Source: the human T2T-CHM13v2.0 reference genome, Homo sapiens
Direction: 5' to 3' (one strand)
Assembly: GCF_009914755.1 (NCBI RefSeq)
Contig: NC_060942.1
Length of the DNA: 64,000 bases
Each line of letters starts with the position of its first letter. Position 1 is the stretch's first letter. Under the pieces are notes generated by a model that saw nothing but the letters and a program-made list of their open reading frames with translations, did no database searches and had not been told where the DNA came from. Made by a program: the position numbers and the translations under genes. Below, piece after piece: positions 14,125 through 28,429 of the stretch.

Positions 14125-15214
14125 CTATTCAGGTTACTTCAAGCAATGGGAGTTGATTCAAAAATATTTATGACAACAATAAAAACAGAAATCTTGCCTG
14201 TATATCCAGACCTCACAAGGACCCAGGAACACCACAGAATGGGGCTCACAAAGCAGGAATGGAGCTTGGGAAGTGACATAGCCAGTGAGCTTCCAGCCCG
14301 GCCATGGGTCTGTAGCTCCCTCTGGTTGTGTATGCCATTTCTACTGACTTTGGTGTTGCTTGTCTCTGTTTTGACTAGGCCAGTCTCTGGCAATCACCTT
14401 CTCTTGACTCCTGTTTGCCTTGTTGCTTCAGATGACTCACAGCCTCTGCTTCCTCTCAGTTGCTGCTTATTAGTTACTCTTCTTGCCTCATGGCTTCTGC
14501 CTATTGCTTCTTTCTCTTTGTGTCTTGGTTTCTGCCCTCCCGCCACCAGTTACTCACTCTATATGTCTTCAATTCAGATTCCCTGAATTCAAATGCAGGT
14601 CTAGGGCCAAGGGCACAGCAGAGGGTTTAATATTTCAATCGGACAAGGAGAAAAGTCATCTTTTGAGACTGAAGGGAAAAGGTGAGGTAGATACTTCTGT
14701 AGGTGAGAACAAGAAGTTCAGAGGTCAAGTCTGATAACTTTTGTCTCAGTAGTCAAGTAGGGGATAGCACTGTCTGCTGAGAATGAGGGCCTAGGCTTGA
14801 GAAAGGAGATTGTAGAGCACTGTTTTGGACTAGCTTTAGATGGAGAAGAACTGACCTGAAACAGGTGAAAACATTGACAGGTGAAGCTGAGAGCTGAGGT
14901 GTGAGAGTAGATGAGACCAATCTGCCAATTCATGTAGCTTGTGTGATTTCTTCTTGACTGTGTGATTTCAGTCCTGCCTAACCTCCACCCCCACCCCCTG
15001 GGTAGGAATGATGGGGTCAGGTAAGAGGAGAGCTCAGAAGATCAACTACTTGCATTGGCAGAAAAGAAAAGTTAGAAAGAAGCTGAGAAGAGGGAGAGAT
15101 CGGGGACTGGAAGTCTTGAAGAGGTGGATGAAAATGCAGAAAGAATGGGTGATTGGGATTAGAAAGTAGGATATTTGAATGTAGCATTTCAGAGGTGATG
15201 ACATGGTGTGACAT

Positions 15215-15620
15215 GTATGGGAGATTAAATATGGCCACAACTTCTTTGCAGCTCCTCTTTCCACTCTGAATCTGAGCTGGCCTTGGCACTTGTTTTGATC
15301 AATAGAATGCAGATGCAGTGATGTTGTGCAAATTCTGGAACCTAAACCTCAAGAGGCCTTATAGCATCTGCCTTTGCTCTTGGAATGCTGCCCTGGCACC
15401 CCCATGACATGAGAAAACCCAGAATGAAAGACCATGGAAAGAGAGTCCCAGTTATCCCAGTTGTCTCAGCGTAGCCCACTTCCCACCCACCTGCCAGGAG
15501 TGAGCCCAGTGGGACCAACAGAACTGCCCAATCTGCCTACAGACTCATGAAAATTAATACATCATTGTTTTAAGCCACTAAGGTTTACAGTGATTTATTT
15601 CAGCAATAGTTAACTAAATC
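15215..15620 (+). mobile_element. MLT1-type MaLR LTR
   Basis: aaatatggccacaacttctttgcagctcctc… ending in tgttttaagccactaaggttt…cagcaatagttaact. Confidence 0.7.
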
Positions 15621-16289
15621 CCATGGGAGTACCCTAATGTGATATAGCTTCCTTTGGCTAGAGCCTCCTTCCCCCATCTTTGCCACCCATTCCCCTGCAC
15701 TCACACTTTATTTGACCAAATGTTCAGTCCATGTATCACCCCCTCTAGCCAAAGTGTACCAAGAAGGATGAAAATAAGATGTTAGAAAGAAGCCTTTCCT
15801 CATCCTCCAGTCCACGTCAGATGTTCTTTATGTTTCCAAAGCATCTTCTGTCTATCTCTACCACAGCACTCCTGCTGCATCATAAATATTTGTATTCTTC
15901 ACTGCACAGCATGTATCTTGAATGTAAGCTTTCCTAAGCCCAGTACCTTGCACCATTCCTGGCACCTAGCTGTCATTCAGTTGTTTATTGAAGAAATAAT
16001 CCAATATTTTACACTTCAGATGAAATCTTGCTCCTTCACTTACAGAGAAATAGCCTTGCCAATAGTATAACATGACAATGACCACAGTATCCATACCTAA
16101 AAATACACTTTGTGTAGTAACGGAAGAGATGAATACTCATGAATGGTTTTACCCTCCTCCTTGCTAATCAAAGTCTTATTGGTACAGATTAAATCTCACC
16201 TCCTCCATGAAGCATTGCCTACTAGTGCTATCCGACACTCACTCACTCTGTTGTACTCACTCACTTAGGCTTCTTTATTGCCTGGCTTA

Positions 16290-16510
16290 CTGATTCACAG
16301 CATGAGTTTGGGAATCAAAGAGCCTTAGGTTCAAATCCCAGGTGGACTATTCATTTTATTTATTGAACACATCACTTGAACCCTCTGATACCCACTTTCC
16401 TGATCTGTAAAATGGTTGTAAGAATCCCTATCTTATGGGGTTATTGTATTATATAATAAAGTATTTAGTACTTGATACTTGGTAAGTTCTTAATAAATGG
16501 TAGTTATTAT
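16290..16510 (+). mobile_element. MIR
   Basis: MIR core ggttcaaatcccag…tttcctgatctgtaaaatgg. Confidence 0.75.
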
Positions 16511-16735
16511 TCGTGATTCTTCCTGAAAGGATTTGTAGGGAGGTCTGTCTGTTCCATGACCCTAAGCAGAACCACAGTTATGCCATCCTGTAGAGCTGCC
16601 TTTAGCATTTCAGAGAAGGGTTATTGGTAAGATGGCACAGTTTCAGAATCTTACTCATTGAAAATCTTTCCTAATGCATGGTGAATGACTACAAGTCTGG
16701 GTTTGCTTGAGGATTGTCATTAGTTGAAGAGGTGA

Positions 16736-17146
<411 letters not shown>

Positions 17147-18217
17147 CAACTATTCTTTACTAGTGCTGACAGCTCCATTTTGGGCTCTTGTGGCTTGAAA
17201 AAATTGATAACCTAATCATTTCCCATTTGCTGCTTCTAACAACCCACTTCACATGATACTATTGTGCGGGAATGTGCAGAAATGGAGATGACGTTTAGTG
17301 AAGAGCCCTGGGACCCTCAGAGGAAGAAGCCATCATCATGAGGTCATCTTTGTGGCTGAAAGATACAAAGACCCCTAAATTCATAGAATGAGAGGCTCTA
17401 AGCTTTCCTTTATGGATCATGAAGGGGAACTAAGGGGAGTAGCTCTTTCCAGAATGGATTAGCTTCAATGTTCCAGATGAAGAAGACAAAGAGGAGAGGG
17501 GGTTGCAGAAGAAGGAGAGGAAGTTGAAGAGGAAGACAAAGAGGAGGCAGAAAAACAAAAGAGGAAGGTGTAGGAGGAAACAGCAGAATTGATCAAGCAG
17601 AGGAAAGAATCAGTGAGCTCAAAAATAGGCCATATGAAAATACATAGAGGTGAAAAAAGAATGAAAAGAAATGAAGATTGCCTACAAGATATAGAAAATT
17701 ACCTCAAAAGACTTCAAATGTAAGAATGATTGGTGTTCCAGAGGGAGTTGTGCAAGAGCAGGGAGCAGAAAGTTTACCCAAGGAAATAGTAATAGAAAAC
17801 TTTTCAAAACTTGAGAAAGATATAAATGTCCAGGCACAGGAAGGTCAGAGAATAACAAACAGTTTTGACCCAAGTAAGACTATCCCAATGTAATAATCAA
17901 AGTCTCAAAAGTCAAGGACAAAGGAGGATGCCAAAAGCAATGATTGAAAAGAAGCAAATAACATGTAAAGGAGCTCTATTTCATCTGGCAGCAGACTTCT
18001 CAATGGAAGCCACATAGGCCTGGAGGGAGTGGCTTGGCATTTTCAAAGTGCTTAAACATAAAAAATTGCCATTTAAGAATACCATATCCAGCAAAGCTAT
18101 CTTTTCAATATAAAAGATTAATTCTTTCCCAAGCAAAAGCTGAAAGAATTTACTACCACCAGACCTGTCTTACAAGAAATGCTAAAGAGAATTCTTCAAC
18201 ATGAAAAAATAATCCAC

Positions 18218-18598
18218 TGTATTAGTCCATTGTCACACTGCTATAAAGACATACCCAAGACTGAGTAATTTATAAACAAAAGAGGTTTAATTGATTCACA
18301 GTTCCACAGGCTGTACAGGAAGCATGGCTGCAGAGGCCTCAGAAAACTTAAAATCATTGCAGAAAGTGAAGAGGAAGCAGGCACATGTTTACATAGATGG
18401 CAGGAGAGAGAGAGAGTGAAGGGGGAAGTGCTACACACTTTCAAACAACCAGATCTCATGAGAACTCACTACCATGAGAACAGCAAGGAGGAAATCTGCC
18501 GCCGTGATCCAATTACCTCCCACTAGATCCCTCCCCGAACATTAGATATTACAATTCAACATGAGATTTAGGTGGAGACACAGAGCCAAACCATATCA
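18218..18598 (-). mobile_element. MSTA-type solo LTR
   Basis: tgtattagtcc…ccaaaccatatca with a 5-bp TSD tccac/cccac. Confidence 0.88.
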
Positions 18599-18960
18599 CC
18601 CACTAATGTGCACTAAGAAAACATTTGAAGGTATAAAACTTACTGGTAAAAGTGAGTACACAAACACATTCAAAATATTCTAATACTGTAATTGTGGTGT
18701 GCAATCCACTCATAACTCTAGTATGAAGCCTAAATCTATCAAAAACAGTAGTAGATGCAGCAACCTGTTAAGAAATAGACAATGTAAAAATATGTAGATT
18801 GAGACAACCAAAAATCAAAGTGTTGTGGGGATGGAGTTAAAGTGCAGAGTGCAAAGTATAGAGTTACAGTGAAATGATGAAAAAAGATATCCTATGCAAG
18901 TGGAAAGCATAAAGAGCAGGAGAAGCCATGCTTAACTCAGATAAAACAGACTACAAGTCT

Positions 18961-19260
<300 letters not shown>

Positions 19261-19295
19261 GAGTAGACTATAAGAACTCAAAGAAGACTGCTGTG

Positions 19296-19418
19296 TAATA
19301 ATAAATGGGGTCATTTCAGCAAGAGGATATAACAATGTAATGATAAAGGGGTCATTTCAGCAAGAGGATATAACAATGTAATGATAAAGGGGTCATTTCA
19401 GTAAGAGTATATAACAAT
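19296..19418. repeat. 41-bp minisatellite x3 within L1 ORF2
   Basis: Unit taatgataaaggggtcatttcagcaagaggatataacaatg starts at 19296, 19338 and 19379. Confidence 0.92.
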
Positions 19419-20543
19419 TATAAATATGTATGCACCTAACACCAGAGTATCCAAGTATATAAAGCAAACATTAATAGATTTAAAGGGAGAGACAGACTGC
19501 AGTACAGTAATAGTGGAGGACTTCAACACCCCATTCTCAGTAGTAAGACAGATCATCCAGACAGAAAATCATCAAAGACACATTACATACTAGACCAAAT
19601 AGGCATAATGGACATTTACAGAACATGTCATCCAGCTACTGCAGAATACATATTCTTTTCATCGGCACATGGAAGATTCTCTGAATAGACTATATCTTAG
19701 GCCACAAAAGAAGTCTCAACAAATTTTAAAAAGCAGAAATCATATTAAGTATCTTTTCTGACCTCAGTGGTATAAAACTAGAACTCAATAATAAGAGGAA
19801 CCTTGGAAACTCCACAAACACATGGAAATTAAACAACATGCTCTTGAATGATCAATGGGTCAATGAAAAAATTAAGAAGAAAACTTTAAAAAATTATTGA
19901 AAGAAATGAAAATAAAAATACAATATACCAAAATCTATGGGATACAGGAAAAGCAGTACTAAGAGGGAAGCTTATAGCAATAAATACCTATATCAAAAAA
20001 GTGGAAAGACTTTAAATATAAGGACCTAGAAAAGCAAGGGCAAGCTAAATCCAAAATTAGTTGAAGTAAAGAAATAGTAAAGATCAGAGCTGAAATAAAT
20101 AAAATTGAGACTAAAAAGTCAATCAATATGAAGATTAACAAAACAAAAAGTTGGTTTCTTGAAAAGATAAACAAAATTTAAAAATATTTAGCTAGACTAA
20201 GCAAAAAAGAAAGAAGACTCAAATAAAATCAGAAATGAAAAAGAAGACATAATAACTGAGAGCACAGAAATACAAGGAATCATTAGAGACTATTATGAAC
20301 AACTATACACCAATAAAAATCCTAGAAGAAATGGGTAAATTCCTGGACATATACAACCTACCAAAATTGAACCACGAAGAAACAGAAAACCTCCACAAAC
20401 CAATAATGAGTAACAAGATTGAAGCCATAATAAAAAGTCTCCCATCAAAGCCCAGGACCTGATGGTTCACTGCTGAATTCTACTAAACATTTGAAGAACT
20501 AATATCAATTATACTTAAATCCTTCAAAAAAAATTGAAGAGGA

Positions 20544-20894
<351 letters not shown>

Positions 20895-21168
20895 TCATTA
20901 TACGAGGCCAGTATTACCCTGATGCCAAAACCAGACAAGGACACAACAACAACAAAGAAACTACAAGGCAGTATCACTGATGAACATAGATGCAAAAATC
21001 CTCAATAGAATATTAGCAAACTGAATTGAACAACATGTTAAAAAGATAGTTTACCATGATCAAGTGGGATTCATCCCAGGGAGGCAAGGATGGTTCAACA
21101 TACACATATCAATAAATGTGATACATCACATTAACAGAACTAAGAACAAAACTCATATGATCACTTCA

Positions 21169-21507
<339 letters not shown>

Positions 21508-22170
21508 TCAAGATAATGAAGGCCGCATATGACAAACCACAGCTAACATTAACGGGGACAAATTGAAAGCCTTTCCTTTAAAATCTGGAACAAGACAAGT
21601 ATGTCCAGATTCATCACTTTAATTCAACGTAATACTGGAAGTTATGGCCAAAGAAATTAGGCAAGAGAAAAAAATAAAGGACATTCAAATTGGAAAGAAA
21701 GAAATCAAATTAACCTTGTTCACAGATGACATAATCTTTTATTTAGAAAAATCTAAAGACTCTACCAAAAAAACTTAGAACTGAATAACAAATTCACTAA
21801 GATTGCAGGATACAAAATCAATATACAAAAATCAGTAGCATTTATACACATCAATAGCAAACAATCTGAAAAAAATCAAGAGAGCAATCTCATGTACAAT
21901 AGCTACAAAATATATAAAATACCTAGGAATTAATTTAATCAAAGAAATGAAAGATCTATAGAAGGAAAACTATAACACACTGATGAAAGAAATTGAAGCG
22001 GACCCCAGGAAATGGAAAGATATTCTACATTCATGGATTAGAAGAATTAAAATTGTTAAAATATCAATACTACCCAAAGCAATTTACAGACTCAATGCAA
22101 TCTCTGTCAAAATACCAATGACATTCTTCAAAGAAATAGAAAAAGCAATCAAAAAATTTATGTGGAACCA

Positions 22171-23243
22171 TTCTAAGGTGTACTAGTCAGTGGCATTTAA
22201 TATACTCACAATATTGTAAAACTACCACCTCTGTCTAGCTCCAAAACATTTTAATCACTCCAAAAGAAAACTCTGTACCCATTAAGCAAGCTCTCTCAAT
22301 TCTCTCCTTATCCCTAAACAGACACTGGAAACCACCAGTTTGCTTTCTGTCTCTATGGATTTACCTATTATAAATATTACATAAAAATAGAATCATGCAA
22401 TATGTGACGTTTTATGTCTGACTTCTTTCACTTAGGATATATTTTTAAGTTTCATTCATGTTGTAGCATGTGTCAATACTTCATTTCTTTTCATGATTGA
22501 GTAATATTCCATTTTATGGATAAACCACATTTGGGTTGTTTTCACCTTGTGACTATTGCAAATAGTGCTGCTGTGAATATTTTTATGCAAGTATTTGAGT
22601 ACTTGTTTTCAAAACTTTTGTGTATATACCCAGGAGGGGAATTGCTGGGTAATATGGTAATTCTGTTTACTTTTCTGAGGAACCGTCAAACTGCTTATGG
22701 AGTGGCTGCACACCAGTTTGCATTCTCACTAGCAATGTATAATAGTTCCAATTTTCCTACATCTTCACCAATACTTGTTTTTGTTTTTTGATATTGGCCA
22801 TTCTAGTGGATGTGAAATGGTATTTCATTGTGGTTTTGATTTGCATTTGCCTGATAACTCATAGTGTTGAACATCTTTTCATGTATTCAGTGTTCATATA
22901 ACTTCTTTGGGGAAATATCTATTCAAGTCTTCTGTTCATTTTTAAAATTTGGTTATTTGTCTTTTTATTATCATGTTGTAAGTGCTCTTTATGTGTTCTG
23001 AAAGCAAGTCCCTTATCAGATATATTATCTGCAAACATTTCCCTTTACTGTGAGCTGGTCTTCTTTTACCTTCTTGATGTTATCATTTGTAGCACAAAAG
23101 TTTGTAACTTTAAGGAAGTCAAATTTATTTTTTCTTTTGTCACTAGTGTTTTTGGTCTTGTATGCGTGAAAACATTGTTTGACCCAAGGTTATGAAGATC
23201 TACTTTTATATTTTCTTCTAAGAGCTTTATAGTGTTAGCTCTT
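22171..23243 (-). mobile_element. L1MB-type 3' end, reverse orientation
   Basis: L1 ORF2-end and 3'UTR motifs (tggtatttcattgtggttttgatttgcattt; tttctgtctctatggatttacctatt). Confidence 0.85.
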
Positions 23244-23439
23244 TGACAGAAGACACTTTGAATAGCACTGTCTTGGAGTGTTTATCTTACTAGAAACATA
23301 TAATACTTAGTCAAAGAAATCATGCTAGTTGTGAAATTTCAGCTTCAAGTGAGATTAGCGAGGGGAGATATTTTTGTTTAAGAGGGGTCTTCCAGCACCC
23401 TTCAGATTGTGAAAGTCTGGGCACTGCCAACTCACCTGT

Positions 23440-23690
23440 GTAGGGAGCAATGTAATGGTTAAAAGCAGAGATTTTTGAAGTCACAATCGCCCTAGTTTCA
23501 AACTCCTACTTTTCTACTTAATCAGCTGAGTAGCTTAACTCCTTTAAATTTCAATTAAATAGTCCCTACTTCATAGGGTTGTTGAGAGGATTAAATGAAA
23601 TAATGCATTAAGCATTGTGCATAAACTTAGCACAATGTTCATCTTACTGTAATCACTCAATGAAAGTTGGCTGCTGGTATTATTATTGGC
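23440..23690 (+). mobile_element. MIR
   Basis: cctacttcatagggttgttgagaggattaaatgaaataatgcat. Confidence 0.75.
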
Positions 23691-25119
23691 TGCCAAGTAA
23701 TTGGATGATAGTGCCATATAAGCAGAGGGATGAAAAAGCAACTACACATAAAATTACAGTTTCACCAATGATAGTTTAGTACTGAATTCAAACAGTATTT
23801 AACCGTGTTTTAAAACACACAATTTGGGGGAAATGTTGATTCTTTAAAAAGTCAATCCCTAGAGGGCCATAAAAGCTATTTCAATCACTGTAACTAATTA
23901 CAAGGAAGTATAAATCAATAAACTTTGCTAAATGGTCTAAAATATAGTAAAGAAAACTGTCATTAACAATCATCCAGGAAGCCACTGTCCTTAATAGTGA
24001 GATGATGTAAAAGTTGGATGTGAAGAATGAATTTTATTATTTGAAAACTCCAGGTGTTAACAATGCTTTTAGAGAAGTTCTTAATTCAGCACAGAGTCAT
24101 GGCTTTTCTGAATGATTGTTTACTTTAGGTAACTTTATTTTTTCTAAATTATATGTATATTCATCTTGGTATGGAAATAAGTGGCCATCTGCAGAGAAGT
24201 CTTGTCAGCTCTCAGTGTTTTTCAGCACCTTTCTTAGCTCAAAACCAGCCCCCTTCTCATCCCTCTTCCTAAAGCTCCAACACTGCTTCAGGTCCCAAAT
24301 CAAGACTGGAGTCATGCTACATTTAGAAAGACTTTGCTTTTTTTCCTCCCAGTCCTGTGTGGTAGTTACAGGCTCAAATCTGGAAGTCCCAGAGCCCTCT
24401 CCTGGGTTCCCAAGCTTACCTTGCTGCCCCTCTGAGTGGGAGAGCCAATGCCCACATGGGCTCCTGAGCCAAAGAGCTGTCTGCCCATCATGTCTTTGAG
24501 TCTAGGACTCGGTTTGCTTCTTGCCACCTATTTATTCTCAATGGTGTGTTTCCCCAAGGACAGAACCTGCCCGTAAGTGAAATGTGAGTGGCAGGGCCCT
24601 GTATCATGGATGATGGTGATTGACAACCTCCTACTTTTGAACTTGCCTGTGCTGCTGAGATCTATTCCCATGTTGGGGTCTGGCTACATACCTGCTCACA
24701 TCTTTCTTTGTGTCATATGAGAACCTATGAGGCCTTTTGGACAGTTTACTTTTCTAGTCCGTCTCCTATCCTACCCTGGAAAGCCAGCCAAGTTCAGGTT
24801 CATCCCCTTTCCGTATCTTCACCTGCGTATACTGCAATGGGAGATATCAGAGATGTTACACAGTTGGCTTAGTGTGATGGTGAGGTCAAGAAATAGACAA
24901 GAATAGCTTGCCATGGCAGTAAGAAGAACTGGATTTAGGGTTGACTCTGCAACTAGTTAGCCTCCATATCAAATACCCTTAGCTAAATCAAAGGGCCAAT
25001 GAGCTCATAAAATGAAATAAACAGCATAAATATGCATTGGAAAGTTGTCACATAAATAAGAAATCATGCAATTGTTGGCTGATGGGGGCCCTCAAATAGA
25101 GCAAAAGGTTTTATAATCA

Positions 25120-25580
25120 GAGTTAATAGAAAATCTAAAGTAATGTGGTTAAATAAGATAGAACCTCATTTTCTTCCAACATAAAATAAATTTGGAAATG
25201 GGCAGTCTGGAGTTGGAGTGGTGGTTCAGTAGTTGCCAAGGACCCTGGCTTTTATTATTTTTTTTATGCCATAGTATTAACAGTATATGGTTTTCATCTT
25301 CAAAATCACCTCATGGCCTGAGATGGCTGCTGGGCCTCCATCCATCTTACAGACATCAGAAAAGAGAGAAAAGGAAAGGAAAAAAATAAATATTTAAGTC
25401 AAAGCTCTTTTGAAGCTACCTTTCTGAAAGTTCCACATGTTTCTACCTGCATCCCATTGGCCAGGATATAGTCACATGGCCATGTCTAACTGCAAGTAAA
25501 CCTGGAGAAGGTAATCTTTCAATTAGGTGTATTACCACCTGAGAATGAGTATTACAGGATGGCAACTAGCATTTGCCACA
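25120..25580 (-). mobile_element. Old MLT1 LTR
   Basis: MLT1J/K-like motif cccattggccaggatatagtcacatggccatgtctaactgcaag. Confidence 0.6.
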
Positions 25581-26945
25581 TTATGATCATTTGAAATCAG
25601 ATGAGAAGTCAACCTTTGAGAGAGCTTAAATCGATAACAGTGAACTGATTTGCTTCTGTGATTGGCTCAAATAAAATAAAGGAGATAGAATCACTCATTT
25701 AACAAAACTGTTTTGTGCTGCTGCTACCTGCCAGGGACTATGCTAAGCACTAGGGAGAGGGTAGTGAGCTGAAACAAACATCTTCTGTCCTCCTAAAGTT
25801 TACAGTACACATCTCCCCCACAAGAGTCTGTTATTACAAACATGGTTTGGGTTGCCTATAAGGAATCTTGTAAGATGGTCAGACTTTGTGTGCTCAACTC
25901 TGTAGAGAGAGACAAAGGCCCTCTGCCCGTAGCATGGAGAGTGCTGGGAGTTAAATGACAGTGGTTACACATCCTTACCACTCAGACAGTGTTCCTTTTC
26001 TCTAACCTCTCTCACTGCTGACCACCCCAACACTGTCTTAACTCTTAACTCTTAAATGAAAGAGCTCCTATCAGTTTGATCATATCCCCTGTAGCTAGGA
26101 GAGAGTTCTCTCTATTTCCCACAGAGCAGAGGCCACACTCATTGTTCAATCTAAGGAAATTGGGATGTGATGTCCCTCTCTCCTTGCCTGTGGCAAACAG
26201 ACAAGCAATTACTCAGGCATTCTGAGGATGGAAAGCATCAGTCTGAAATGTCTGGTCTGCCCCAACAGGAAATACTTTATTGTTCGGGCCTGGATTTTTG
26301 CTTTGATTTGCTGATGCTTTTTCTGATTTTATAATTTAATTTGGAATTAAAATAGAGAATTGTATTTGCATTGCCTGCATGCTTTATTAGCTAGTATTTG
26401 GATTGACCTTGGAATTTTGACATGATAAAACAAAGAAAAGAGCACAGCATTTTTTTTCTGCTGTCATTTTGTACACCAAGAATTTTTACATGTCTTTCTG
26501 AGGAGTAGCTTTATTTTTAGCCCCATGCAGCACTTGAGATGGATGTCCTGTCTGTTTCCACAAGGCAGCTCAGATAACACAATTATATCCAGTTTTAGGG
26601 AAGAATTCTTTTGCTCCAACTTAAAAGCAATAAACATTACTAGAACAGGAAAAAGATGTTCACTCTTCTTAATGAGAAAACACATGGGGTAAATGACATG
26701 TTTCCACATCACATATGTGATTTCCTTGACTCTTTTTCTCTGAAGCTTTGGGTTTTTGGCGTGTAGCTTTATGGTTACTCGGAGGATTGTTAGGCTCTAG
26801 TGCTTGTAATGAATGGAGACTCTAAGGCATGGGAGTAAGGTCAACAGGAGTCCCCTGGCACTCAGAGACATGTATAGCTGGGCTTCTTTGGAATCTGGAA
26901 TTTAGGTGGAGAACTGGAAGGCACCAATGCAGTTTTAACATTCTT

Positions 26946-26978
26946 CACTTGATCTTAGCCAAAAGGCCGAGAAGCGAT
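26946..26978 (-). pseudogene. 3'-truncated, tailless U2 snRNA retrocopy (U2 nt 1-33)
   Basis: Reverse complement is ATCGCTTCTCGGCCTTTTGGCTAAGATCAAGTG, the U2 5' end. Perfect 15-bp TSD agttttaacattctt at 26931-26945 and 26979-26993. Confidence 0.95.
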
Positions 26979-28429
26979 AGTTTTAACATTCTTAGCAGCA
27001 GAGGCAAATGGTTTTCTGTACTGAACTTGGCCATGAACTCAATGCAGAGTTATGCCATGGTTAATATGTCCAGAGTGCTGCAGACATACTGGTCAAGTTA
27101 TTGGGTTATCTCTCTTTTGCTACAAGATCATTTGCTGATATTTTACCACTAATAACTCATAGATATTTAAAGTTGCAATTGGAAAGGAAAGAATGACATT
27201 TCAGGCCGGTTTACACTGCCAGTTGATGCAGCTGCAGGACAAAGACCTTAAATTTATCTGTAAATCTGTTATTCTCCCTCCAAACTCCTGGGCCAAGCTG
27301 CTCTTGCTCTGAGAAGCTATCTGGTCCTAGAGTTTGCATTGGATTCTATAGAAAATGACCTCTGCTGTCCCCTGGTGGCTAGTCATGAAGCCAGGTTTGT
27401 GACCTCCCAGATGATTTTCTGCCACCTCTGATATCCTTGGCTTAAAGTACAAAGCTAAGAGCCACAGGGCTTCCATCCCTTTGTGAAATTTCATGCTTAT
27501 ATCGGAGAAAATTCTCCACTTACCTGACTGCTCAAATTACACACCTAGGTACAATTACCAGTTTTAGAAACATGTATCATGTCCAAAGGACTGTGTGAGA
27601 CTCATACCTGCACCCAGGCCCCTCCTGGAAGAACAGCTCAAAGAGAACATTTTTTGTCACAGCATCTTCATATTAGTTTCTGCTAGTGGTCACTGAGAAC
27701 CTGTTTCCAGACTCTGGGACTTGGTTTACATTCCTTCTCGAATGCAGCTTCTCATCCTTCATAGGCTAGGAAGATCACAAATGAGTATCCCTCCTTTGGT
27801 TTTTTATTGTCACAGCCAAGATAAGAGCATTTATCTCAAGGGTAAGTTGTGAAGCTTTTTGGGATAGTTCATGGTAATAAAGCTGGTGGGGAAAAAGTAT
27901 TAAATCTCATGGCGATGCATCTGAAGGCTGTTTTGAAATCTGTTGAGGGATGCCAATGGTGAGATGTTTTTTCAGTTAGGATGGGCTTTGGCAACCTCAG
28001 GTTGGGAGGTCATCCATGGTGGACTTCTGTGCAACCCACATTACCTTAGAAATCTTGGCTGCAAAGTGTTCACTATTTAACTCTCTCATCTGAAAAGCAG
28101 AATTTGGGGCATAATATGATCTTGTGGACTTGGATTTAACATCACAGTAAGTAGGAAGGCCTACGATGGGCTCTATCAGCAACACTACTGGAAGACCTAG
28201 CAGGAATTTAGAACATTCCTTTACCTATACAAAGATCCTAAAACAATGGAGGAGTTGTCCAGATGCTGACAATGACCAAAGGCTGGGCTAGCCTTTAATA
28301 ATCATTTTTGAAGGAATTCTGTTTTCAAAAATAATTTATTCAAATATTTTTATACCAAAAAAATTTTAAAAGTATGAATTTCTCTTAGTTGTCCTCAAGC
28401 AAATGTGCATTTAACTACATGAACACAAC

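Noticed and set aside
14146-14586. 146-aa hydrophobic ORF
   Set aside because: It has no recognisable homology or supporting splice structure, and its pyrimidine-rich composition explains both the Leu/Ser/Cys bias and the lack of stops.
19296-19418. Regularly spaced direct repeats resembling a CRISPR array
   Set aside because: The units are head-to-tail with no unique spacers, they lie inside an L1, and the genome is eukaryotic.
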